Positions 26,933-34,616 of a stretch of DNA of 36,561 nucleotides are shown in pieces. Position 1 is the first letter of the stretch. The number at the start of each line of letters is the position of its first letter. The notes below the pieces were generated by a model. It did not search any database. It was not told the DNA's origin and worked only from the letters and a program-made list of their open reading frames with translations. The position numbers and the translations under genes are program-made. Source of the stretch: Candidatus Omnitrophica bacterium CG11_big_fil_rev_8_21_14_0_20_63_9 (GTDB lineage Bacteria > Omnitrophota > Gorgyraeia > Aquiviventales > Aquiviventaceae); NCBI GenBank assembly GCA_002796105.1, contig PCVX01000006.1:4456-41016 (forward strand). The letters are read 5' to 3'.

Positions 26933-27235
26933 ATGCAACAGAATCGTCGTCGGGGTGGTGCAATTCGGACGGCCGGAGTCTTCACGTTGGGAGCCGCGCT
27001 TGGCGGCCTGTGCGGGGTACTCTTCGCGCCGGCAGCCGGTCAGGTGACGCGGCGCCGGTTGGCACAGCGCGCTCGCAACCTGCAGCGCGAGACCGCTCGT
27101 CGCCTGGGCAGAACGCAGAAGGTGCTGGCCCACAAGGCGGTGGAAGTGCGTGAGGCTGCCGGCGAGTGGATTACCGACCACATGCCGCGCGCGCACAACG
27201 GCCGACAGATCCGCCGCCACGCGCACACGAACTAA
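26933..27235 (+). CDS. YtxH-domain protein
   Basis: FTLGAALGGLCGVLFAPAAGQVTRRRL signature; GAGGAGG SD. Confidence 0.85.
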   Translation: MQQNRRRGGAIRTAGVFTLGAALGGLCGVLFAPAAGQVTRRRLAQRARNLQRETARRLGRTQKVLAHKAVEVREAAGEWITDHMPRAHNGRQIRRHAHTN

Positions 27236-27257
27236 GCATTATCAGCTCGAGTTAGGG

Positions 27258-27291
27258 AACGGCCCCCCGGTCTTGCGGTGGGGCCGTTTTT
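27258..27291 (+). terminator. Intrinsic terminator
   Basis: AACGGCCCC / GGGGCCGTT stem followed by a T tract. Confidence 0.75.
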
Positions 27292-27324
27292 CCTTTCCCA
27301 CTCTGCTATAATCGGGTCAATCGC

Positions 27325-27489
27325 ATGCGCAACGCACCCGCTCGGCAAGTCGCCGAAGAGCTCAAAGTCCTTCTGGAGCGCCTGCGGGCGCTCGGCAAGG
27401 AAGAGCGCGTCCGCAAGGGGCCTGACACGGAAGCGATCGAAATCGCGGTCGTCAACCTCGATGCCGCGATCGATATCCTGACCGAGTAG
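27325..27489 (+). CDS. Small hypothetical protein (54 aa)
   Basis: MRNAPARQVAEELKVLLERLRALGKEERVRKGPDTEAIEIAVVNLDAAIDILTE*; coding-like codons; TGcTATAAT at 27304-27312; below the ORF-track cutoff. Confidence 0.7.
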   Translation: MRNAPARQVAEELKVLLERLRALGKEERVRKGPDTEAIEIAVVNLDAAIDILTE

Positions 27490-27570
27490 AGCTCTACCGC
27501 TTCCAGCCCCTCATGCCACGTTGGTCATTCTGTCATCACCGCTGCGGCATCATAACCAGGCGTGAGCCTA

Positions 27571-27856
27571 GAGTTGGTTTCACAACCTCGCGCGAGCCGC
27601 GTTGCGAACGCCAGCGGGCTAGATGCCAGGAGCGACGACGAAGGTGTACCCCCTGGGGTACTCCGAGGAGGAGCGACACCGCAGATGGCCCGCTGCCGCC
27701 GCAACCACCTGTCGGACCATGGGCTGGGCCGATCTGCGTCGCCCCGCGTTGTTGCTCGTCGCTCGCGTACTCGTCTGCGAGTACGCCACGCTCCTCGCGC
27801 CTCGCGGGGCTCGCACCTCGGCCCAGCGCGGCTGCGGGAGGTTTTGAAACCAACTC
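27571..27856. mobile_element. Non-autonomous MITE (286 bp) with terminal inverted repeats and TA duplication
   Basis: TIR GAGTTGGTTTCA(C/A)AACCTC (18/19 match, extends imperfectly to ~33 nt); TA on both sides (27569-27570, 27857-27858); two internal GTAC-closed hairpin modules. Confidence 0.85.
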
Positions 27857-27869
27857 TAAGGAGGTCGCG

Positions 27870-28202
27870 ATGAAACGACTGATTCTGGGATTGGCGGCGG
27901 GTCTCATGCTGGGCGCCATGGCCTACGGGCAGGATGATGACGCGCTGCAGAGCGCGCGGCTTGAAGAAATTGCGGTGGGCGCCGGCAGCCGCGCCACCTT
28001 CGCGGTGCCACCGGAGTACGGCCGGCTGGCCGATGTCGCGGTGAATTCTGGGGTCCACTACCTGTATTTTGAGGATTCGCAGGGAGTCATCCGGCTCGTC
28101 CTGATCGGCCCGCGGGGCGCGGTGCCGCGCTCGCGGCTTGACGTGCAGCTGCTCAGCCCGCAGGTCTACGTGGTGGAGCGCGCTGCTGCGCCGGCATCGT
28201 AA
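27870..28202 (+). CDS. Hypothetical secreted protein
   Basis: AAGGAGG SD; signal peptide MKRLILGLAAGLMLGAMAYG; LYFED motif. Confidence 0.75.
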   Translation: MKRLILGLAAGLMLGAMAYGQDDDALQSARLEEIAVGAGSRATFAVPPEYGRLADVAVNSGVHYLYFEDSQGVIRLVLIGPRGAVPRSRLDVQLLSPQVYVVERAAAPAS

Positions 28203-28212
28203 TCCGTAATCG

Positions 28213-29244
28213 ATGCCCAGCACGACACGTCCCCGCAGCGCGTACCGTGAGCTGCTCGACGACCTGAAGCGGTTGGCGGGCGCAGGCCAGGCCACGCTTT
28301 CCGAGCGGCTGCGGCCGCTGCGGGTGATCGAGGGCAGCGTGACGACCGATCGCGCCAACCGGCTCGTCTATGACGTGGCGGGCTCGCGCGACGGCGCGGA
28401 TGGGTTCAGGCCGCGGCGCATCACGCTGGATGGCGCGTGGCGGTTGAACGCCGATCATGAGCTGGAGCTTCGGCTGGCGCAAGCCGAATCCGCCAGGCCG
28501 CGGACGCTCACCCTGCGCGGTGCGATCGTGCAGGCTAAAGCGAACCATCTGGTGTTTGCGCTGCGCGGCCAGGACACCGGCGCGTTTGTGCGCGCGCAGC
28601 GCCTGGCGCTCTCAGGGCGCTGGCAGGCGGATCGGCACAACCGGCTGACGTTCCTCGTCGAGAAGTCCCGCGGGGAAGAAGACCGCCTCACGCTGGCGGG
28701 CGCATGGGCTGTGGGGACGCGCCACGAGCTGCTGTACCGGTATCGCCAGCGCTCCGCCGGCCGGCCAAATGAGCATACGCTGATGTTCCGCGGAGCCTGG
28801 GACATCGCCGGCGCGAACCGGCTGGTGTACCGGCTCTCTGGATCGTCTGATTCGGCGTTTGAGTTTTCGGCCAGCGTGCAAAGCCGCGCGTTGCAGGCGC
28901 GCGAGGGGCGGTTGGCGTATCAAGTGGGCATCCGCACCGCCCGGGGCTCCACGCATCGCGAGCGGGTCGCGCTGTTCGGCGCCTGGAAGCTGCACAAAGA
29001 TGCCTCGGTGTCTTTCGAGGTCCCCTATGCCGACGGGCGGATTCAGGCCATTCGTCTGGAAGGCGCCGTGGCTCTTGGGCCGCGGGAGCAGGCGGCTGTG
29101 GCGCTGCGCACCCGGCGAGGCGAGCCGTTGGGGCTCACCCTTACGTTGACCCGGCAGATGACGCGCGATGCCGGCCTCTTTGTGCAAGCGCGCCGGAATG
29201 GCGAGGAGCGGTCGATCATGGGCGGAGTCCGTATCCGGTTTTAG
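28213..29244 (+). CDS. Hypothetical all-beta repeat protein
   Basis: About nine ~30-aa repeats of LxGxW...(N/H)xLx(F/Y); ends in GGVRIRF. Confidence 0.8.
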   Translation: MPSTTRPRSAYRELLDDLKRLAGAGQATLSERLRPLRVIEGSVTTDRANRLVYDVAGSRDGADGFRPRRITLDGAWRLNADHELELRLAQAESARPRTLTLRGAIVQAKANHLVFALRGQDTGAFVRAQRLALSGRWQADRHNRLTFLVEKSRGEEDRLTLAGAWAVGTRHELLYRYRQRSAGRPNEHTLMFRGAWDIAGANRLVYRLSGSSDSAFEFSASVQSRALQAREGRLAYQVGIRTARGSTHRERVALFGAWKLHKDASVSFEVPYADGRIQAIRLEGAVALGPREQAAVALRTRRGEPLGLTLTLTRQMTRDAGLFVQARRNGEERSIMGGVRIRF

Positions 29245-29246
29245 CG

Positions 29247-29663
29247 ATGAGTCTGTTCCCGGTGTCGCCGAAAAAGGAAGCGGAATTGCTGCACGCCATG
29301 CGCCGGCTGGGTATTTCGGAGCGCGACCTGGAAGAGTCGTTCATCCGCTCCAGCGGCCCAGGCGGCCAGAACGTCAACAAGGTGGCGACGTGCGTCGTGC
29401 TGCGCCATGCGCCCAGTGGGATGGAAGTGCGCTGCCAGCAGGAGCGCTCGCAGGCGATGAACCGGTTCCTGGCGCGCCGGCTGCTGGTCCACAAGCTCGA
29501 AGCGCAAAGGCTCGGGCGCTTAAGCGCCGAGGCGCAGCGGATTGCCAAGATCCGCCGCCAGAAACGCAAGCGCTCAAAACGAGCCAAGGAAAAGCTGCTG
29601 CGGGACAAATACCTGCGCGCCCGGAAAAAATCGCTGCGCGGGCCTGTGCGTTCGGGAGAGTAG
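29247..29663 (+). CDS. GGQ peptidyl-tRNA hydrolase / release-factor-like protein (C12orf65/ArfB class)
   Basis: FIRSSGPGGQNVNK, CVVLRH, RSQ..NR motifs and a long basic C-terminal tail. Confidence 0.9.
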   Translation: MSLFPVSPKKEAELLHAMRRLGISERDLEESFIRSSGPGGQNVNKVATCVVLRHAPSGMEVRCQQERSQAMNRFLARRLLVHKLEAQRLGRLSAEAQRIAKIRRQKRKRSKRAKEKLLRDKYLRARKKSLRGPVRSGE

Positions 29664-29677
29664 ACGAGGAGACGCCA

Positions 29678-29863
29678 ATGGTGATCGGGCTGTTCTTTGT
29701 CGTGATGGGGATTCTGATCCTATTGAACCCGGCGGTACTTGTCGCCATGGTGGCGCTGTTGTTCATCATGATCGGCATGGGGATCATGGCCATGAGCTGG
29801 CAGTTTCGCCGGATGCATCGCCGCTCGGAGTCGCAGTTCGTGAACTGGATCACCCGATTTTGA
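29678..29863 (+). CDS. Small two-TM membrane protein
   Basis: GAGGAG SD; MVIGLFFVVMGILILLNPAVLVAMVALLFIMIGMG... Confidence 0.7.
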   Translation: MVIGLFFVVMGILILLNPAVLVAMVALLFIMIGMGIMAMSWQFRRMHRRSESQFVNWITRF

Positions 29864-29866
29864 ACC

Positions 29867-30748
29867 ATGAGCCAGCCAAGGATTTTGGTGGTCTACAAAA
29901 AAGACGCCTACCAGCAGTATCTGCAGGAGCAGCAGGATCCGCATCTGCTGCGGCTGCTGCGCCGGCGCCAGCCGGACGTCTTGGACATGCAACGGGCGCA
30001 CACCATCCATGAAGAGGCGATGGAGGCGGTGACCCACGCGCTGCGGCGCATCGGGGTGGCGTTCGATCTTGCATATCGGGCTGACTTGAAGGTGACGCGG
30101 CGCTATGACCTGGTCGTCTCCGTCGGGGGCGATGGGACGTTTTTGCAGGCGGCGCGCAGCGTGAGCCGCACGCCGATCATCGGGGTCAACTCAGACCCCC
30201 AGCGCAGCGAAGCGGTGTTTTGCGCGGCAAACGCGAAGAGCTTTCGTCGGTTGTGCGAGCAGGCATTGGCGGGCAAGCTGCCTGAGCTTCGGCTATGGCG
30301 GCTGCAGATTGCGCTGAACGGGCGGCTGTGGCCGGTGCGCGTGCTCAACGACGTGCTGGCGGTCCACGACGACCCGGCGACGATGAGCCGCTACCGGCTC
30401 AAGATCGGCTCCCGGGAGGAAGCGCAGAAGAGCTCAGGGCTGTGGGTCTCGACCGCGGCAGGCTCCAGCAGCGCGGTGCTGGCGGCCGGCGGCCGTCAGC
30501 TGCCTTGGAGCGCGAAGGCGTTCCAATACCGGCCCAGAGAGCTGTATCGCGGCCGGCTGTCGCGCTGCCGGCTCACCGGCGGGGTACTGCATCCTCCGGC
30601 GCACGTGCGGCTGACCTGGCTCATGCGCCGCGGCGTGGCGTTCATCGACGGCCCCCACGTCCGCATCCCGCTGCGATTTGCCGACCACCTCGACATCAGT
30701 CTATCATCACAGGATCCGCTGCGGGTCTTGGGAGCGAGGGGCAGGTAA
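29867..30748 (+). CDS. NAD(H) kinase
   Basis: GGDGT, GVNSDP, LND and SSGLWVSTAAGSS motifs. Confidence 0.9.
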   Translation: MSQPRILVVYKKDAYQQYLQEQQDPHLLRLLRRRQPDVLDMQRAHTIHEEAMEAVTHALRRIGVAFDLAYRADLKVTRRYDLVVSVGGDGTFLQAARSVSRTPIIGVNSDPQRSEAVFCAANAKSFRRLCEQALAGKLPELRLWRLQIALNGRLWPVRVLNDVLAVHDDPATMSRYRLKIGSREEAQKSSGLWVSTAAGSSSAVLAAGGRQLPWSAKAFQYRPRELYRGRLSRCRLTGGVLHPPAHVRLTWLMRRGVAFIDGPHVRIPLRFADHLDISLSSQDPLRVLGARGR

Positions 30749-30786
30749 AAAGCAAGCGACCCCCGAGAAACTCGAGGGTCGCTTGC
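30747..30786 (-). terminator. Intrinsic terminator of the csp gene (possibly bidirectional)
   Basis: GCAAGCGACCC / GGGTCGCTTGC stem with a T tract on the minus strand; an additional cUUCGg-capped hairpin lies at 30790-30815. Confidence 0.75.
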
Positions 30787-30827
30787 GTGGTTAGCCTCGC
30801 CGAAGCGGGGCTAACAGGCTCAAGACC

Positions 30828-31031
30828 TTAGGCCTTGGTGACGTTAGAGGCTTGCGGTCCCTTCGGCCCTTGGGTGATTTCGAACTCCACCGCCTGGCCT
30901 TCCTTGAGGGACTTGAAGCCATCACCACCGATAGCGGAGTAGTGGACGAAAACGTCCTTTGAGCCATCATCCGGGGTAATGAAACCATACCCCTTCTGAT
31001 CGCTGAACCACTTCACGGTGCCCTTTGCCAT
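30828..31031 (-). CDS. cspA: Cold-shock protein (CspA family)
   Basis: GTVKWF, KGYGFI (RNP1), VFVHYS (RNP2) and GPQA motifs. Confidence 0.96.
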   Translation of the reverse strand: MAKGTVKWFSDQKGYGFITPDDGSKDVFVHYSAIGGDGFKSLKEGQAVEFEITQGPKGPQASNVTKA

Positions 31032-31296
31032 GTCTAACCCACCCCCTTCCTAGCTACAAAAACACAAAAACCGCACGGCAACCTCATCGGCCACCTTGCG
31101 GCTCCCAACGAAAGTCGATTGAATTTGGCTAGCTTGACTAAACTTCCGGACAGAGCACGAACTGTTAATGCGTCGTACCTCGTACGCGCTGCGTCTTCAT
31201 AACCACAAGGTTTCCAAGATGTTGCAGCGCACTAAGCTTTCGGTCCGGTTGGTAAGGAACGCCCAATGGACCTCAGCTAGACTAGGAACGCTCAAA

Positions 31297-31325
31297 AGGA
31301 TACCTGAAAACTCCTTTGGCGTCAA
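31297..31325 (-). promoter_or_regulatory. Sigma70-type promoter of csp, implying a ~260-nt 5' UTR
   Basis: Minus strand reads TTGACG-17 nt-TATCCT. Confidence 0.55.
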
Positions 31326-31374
31326 TAGAAATTTCTCCCGGGCAATAGGGTACAATACTCCAGGAGGTATCGGG

Positions 31375-32832
31375 ATGTGGAAAACCAGGCTGTTTCTTGT
31401 GCTGCTTTTGGTGGTCGCCGGGCCGCTGACAAGCGCCACAGCTCAGGTTAGAGAAGCCAAAGTCGCCGGGCAGTTCTATCCGGACGACCCGGCTGAGCTT
31501 CAGGAGCTTGTCCAGGAGCTGTTGAAGCGGCAGCCTGAGCCGGTATTTACCGGAAAACCCAGGGTGCTTATCGTTCCGCATGCCGGCTACCAGTATTCCG
31601 GCTTGGTGGCGGCCAATGGGTTCCGGCACCTCCAAGGGCATCGCTACGATGGGGTGGTCGTGGTGGGCTTCATGCATCAGAGGCCCTTTGCAGGCGCTTC
31701 GGTGGATACCGCCGAGGCGTATCAAACCCCTCTGGGCGAAATCCCCATCGATCAGGAAGCGGTCGCCATCCTCCTGGCGCATCAGGGTATTCGGCATGTA
31801 GAGGAAGCCCATGCGAGCGAGGAACACTCGCTGGAAGTGGAGCTGCCGTTCCTTCAGGAGGCGCTGGGGCGGTTCAAGCTGGTGCCTGTCTTGATGGGGA
31901 GCGCCGATTGGAAGGATGCCGAGCAGCTGGCCGAGGCGCTCTCCACACTGGCTAGAGTTGGAGATTACCTGTTCGTCTTCAGCAGCGATTTGTCCCACTA
32001 CCGGCCGTACAGCCAAGCGCAGCAGATCGATGAGGCGGCGGTCAGCGCCATGGTGTTGGAGACCTCCCAGGCGCTGCACCGGCTCTTTGCGACCGGCGAG
32101 ATCGAGGCCTGCGGCCGCGGGCCTATCGTGACCAGCGCGCTGCTGGCCGCCAAGCTCGGGTATCTCAAGCGTGAGCCGCTCTACTACGCGAACTCCGGCG
32201 ACACCTACGGCAACCCAAAGAGCGTCGTGGGGTATGCGGCGATTGCCATGTATGAGCAACCGATGCCGGCAAGCGGACGGCTTTCTCCTGAAGCGGGAAT
32301 GGCGCTCGTGCGGGCGGCCCGGGCGTCGCTTGAGTACGGGCTGCGTCGGCGGGATGGACCCAATCCTTCAGAGGAGCTCAAGCGCTATCCAGAGCTCTCG
32401 CAAGCCAGCGGGGTGTTCGTGACACTGCGCAAGCAGGGCGCGCTACGCGGATGTATCGGCCGCATCGAGGCGACCGAATCGCTCTCAATGCTCGTGCCGC
32501 AAGTGGCGCTGGACTCAGCGCTGCGCGACAGCCGGTTCCAGCCTGTCACCGCCGATGAGCTGGTTGAGCTGCGGGTGGAGGTCTCTGTGCTCACGCCGCC
32601 AGCCCGGCTGCCGGCTCATGAAGACCTGGTGCCTGGCAGAGACGGCGTGATTCTGGAATACCAGGGGCGACGCGGCGTGTTTTTGCCCCAGGTCTGGGAT
32701 GAAACCGGCTGGACCCGTTTGGAATTCCTGCGGGAGCTGGCCTCGCAAAAAGCCGGCCTACCGCCAGATGACTGGGAGCAAGCCACGCTGTACGTGTTCC
32801 AGGATCAAATGTTTGAGGAGCCTGCTAATTAG
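31375..32832 (+). CDS. amrB: AmmeMemoRadiSam protein B (MEMO-like) fused to protein A (AMMECR1-like), with signal peptide
   Basis: VAGQFYP, PHAGYQYSG, EHSLEVELPFLQ, SSDLSHY and ACG motifs, then GVFVTL, LRGCIG, DSRF and FLPQVW; AGGAGG SD before ATG 31375. Confidence 0.92.
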   Translation: MWKTRLFLVLLLVVAGPLTSATAQVREAKVAGQFYPDDPAELQELVQELLKRQPEPVFTGKPRVLIVPHAGYQYSGLVAANGFRHLQGHRYDGVVVVGFMHQRPFAGASVDTAEAYQTPLGEIPIDQEAVAILLAHQGIRHVEEAHASEEHSLEVELPFLQEALGRFKLVPVLMGSADWKDAEQLAEALSTLARVGDYLFVFSSDLSHYRPYSQAQQIDEAAVSAMVLETSQALHRLFATGEIEACGRGPIVTSALLAAKLGYLKREPLYYANSGDTYGNPKSVVGYAAIAMYEQPMPASGRLSPEAGMALVRAARASLEYGLRRRDGPNPSEELKRYPELSQASGVFVTLRKQGALRGCIGRIEATESLSMLVPQVALDSALRDSRFQPVTADELVELRVEVSVLTPPARLPAHEDLVPGRDGVILEYQGRRGVFLPQVWDETGWTRLEFLRELASQKAGLPPDDWEQATLYVFQDQMFEEPAN

Positions 32833-34165
32833 TGGAAGGGTCAGTGCGTTCGGGGGCGGCAGCAGGCGGTGAGTGGCCGCGCACGGCGCACTGGTTGGCA
32901 GCACAGGCAGGGTTGCGGTGGAGCAAGTAGCGGTGGGTGGCGATCCAGCGATAGATCCGAGTGCCCAGCCACCGCATGCCCGGCACATAGAGCACAGGCA
33001 CCAGCGGCCAGACCATCGGCAAGTGCGGCGCCATTCGCCGAAATGCTTCAAATCCTCCTGAGACTCTCCCGTTGGGCTCCAGCAAGACCATCTCGCTTCG
33101 ACACCGCTGTGGTGTGAGCGCCGGGTTCAGTTTCGCCAGGTCCGGCTGCGTATGGAAGTCCAACGGATCGACCCACCCGAACAGGTCCAACACCCGCAGC
33201 CGCTTGATGCTCTCCAGGCAGAACCCACACCGCCCGTCATACAGCAAGACTGCCCGCCCGCGGGCGGCATGAGATTCTTGTCGTTGCTCAATCCACCGCA
33301 CCAGCGTCTCCGGTTTGATGAACAGCAGCATCATCGGTGGGAACAGGAACAGGAAGATCGTCGGCACGTGCAGCGTGCACCAGAGCATGCCTTGAAAGGC
33401 GATGCCCAGCGGAATCCCCACTATGCGCAGCTTGGGAACCAGCCAGCACAGCGGGATGACGAACTCGCATACCACGCACGCCACCCCCAGCCAATAGCAC
33501 ACCTCCGGCTGGCCTGCCAGCCAGGCCCTTCCCGGAAAGTTCCGCACGACGCCGATGGGTGGATAGTTCATGAGGTGATAATACGGATTCTCCGTGAGCC
33601 AATTCCCTCCGGCGGCGATCTTGTTGAGCGCGGTGTACCAGAAGATCCACACGAGCTGCAGTTGGAGCAGCCGCTGGATGAAATAGGGGCGCAGGCGCTT
33701 GTATGAGATGCTCTTGGGCCGTCGGAGGCTGTCGAGCGAGAAGAAATCGCCGTGATAGCCGGTCGCGCACATAAGAAAGAGCGTGACCAGGAGAATATCG
33801 AAGCTCAGCGTGCCGATGTGCAAGTTGTTGAGCGCATAGAAGTAGTAGCAGGATAGCATCAGCAGGAGGGAACTTTGGTGCGAGCGGTATCCCAAGGCGC
33901 ATGTCGTTAGCGAGATGAGGAACAGCGCGACGAATGACCAGATCACCCATTCCGGGCTGGCTTCGACCAGTTGGAGAATCCACAGAGGAAAGAAGGAGAA
34001 GTTCTTGGTTTTGAACGCGGTATGGAGGTAGTTGTCCTCCATCTCGAAGAAGGATGGGACCATGTGCGCCCCGACCGTCCAGGCCACGGCGACGCGGAAC
34101 AGGCCCAGGCTGAGCGAGGGGCGCTTATCGAGGAAGGCTTGGTGCCACCAGCGTGCGCGCATCAT
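32825..34165 (-). CDS. HTTM (vitamin K-dependent carboxylase-like) membrane protein fused to a DCC1-type thiol-disulfide oxidoreductase
   Basis: SLGLFR, LGY, SLDS and QLQL...K....W HTTM pattern; C-terminal YDGRCGFC...G.EAF...YRWIA.HR. ATG 34165 overlaps the upstream stop (alternative start 34171). Confidence 0.85.
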   Translation of the reverse strand: MMRARWWHQAFLDKRPSLSLGLFRVAVAWTVGAHMVPSFFEMEDNYLHTAFKTKNFSFFPLWILQLVEASPEWVIWSFVALFLISLTTCALGYRSHQSSLLLMLSCYYFYALNNLHIGTLSFDILLVTLFLMCATGYHGDFFSLDSLRRPKSISYKRLRPYFIQRLLQLQLVWIFWYTALNKIAAGGNWLTENPYYHLMNYPPIGVVRNFPGRAWLAGQPEVCYWLGVACVVCEFVIPLCWLVPKLRIVGIPLGIAFQGMLWCTLHVPTIFLFLFPPMMLLFIKPETLVRWIEQRQESHAARGRAVLLYDGRCGFCLESIKRLRVLDLFGWVDPLDFHTQPDLAKLNPALTPQRCRSEMVLLEPNGRVSGGFEAFRRMAPHLPMVWPLVPVLYVPGMRWLGTRIYRWIATHRYLLHRNPACAANQCAVRGHSPPAAAPERTDPSTN

Positions 34166-34608
34166 TCGCATCGGTACATCACCTGGCGCAGCGGCGGCTC
34201 CTGCTGCGGCGTCAAATCAGGATACTCGGCGATGACGACAGCGAACGATTCGTAGGAGGGGAACTTGCGCCGCAGGTACCGGCAGAACGCCGGCCCGCGC
34301 CGCTGATCGGCCACAGTGACGAGCATGTTGCGGTGGATATTGTCGTACCCGACGGCGCGCGTTTCGAACACCCGGTGCGGGTCGAGGAGCTCAGGTTCGG
34401 CATTGCGCACGCCGTAGACTTCCGCGAAGCCGTAGCGGTCGGGCACATCGAAAAACATGATCCAGCCGGCCGGCGGGAATAAGAGGGCGAGTTTAGGTAA
34501 ATCGCGCTTGAAGAGCGGGGTGAGGTAATTGGCTCGCAGCGATTCGTAATGGAAGGCGAGCGACCAGCACAGGACGAACCAAGTGATAGGGATGCTGCGT
34601 CGAAGCAT
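34162..34608 (-). CDS. HTTM partner protein (SdpA/DUF5819-like)
   Basis: N-terminal TM/signal segment, GWIMFFDVP (W.MF..P-like), FCRYL and terminal Cys; translationally coupled to the HTTM gene. Confidence 0.65.
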   Translation of the reverse strand: MLRRSIPITWFVLCWSLAFHYESLRANYLTPLFKRDLPKLALLFPPAGWIMFFDVPDRYGFAEVYGVRNAEPELLDPHRVFETRAVGYDNIHRNMLVTVADQRRGPAFCRYLRRKFPSYESFAVVIAEYPDLTPQQEPPLRQVMYRCE

Positions 34609-34616
34609 CGGGGGTT

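Noticed and set aside
27513-27869. N-terminal extension of ORF 27513-28202 and other ORFs across the MITE, considered as a transposase
   Set aside because: No DDE or HUH motifs; the strong SD and signal peptide place the start at 27870.
31168-31374. N-terminal extension of the AmrB-AmrA ORF
   Set aside because: AT-richer divergent promoter region; TACAAT and AGGAGG point to ATG 31375.
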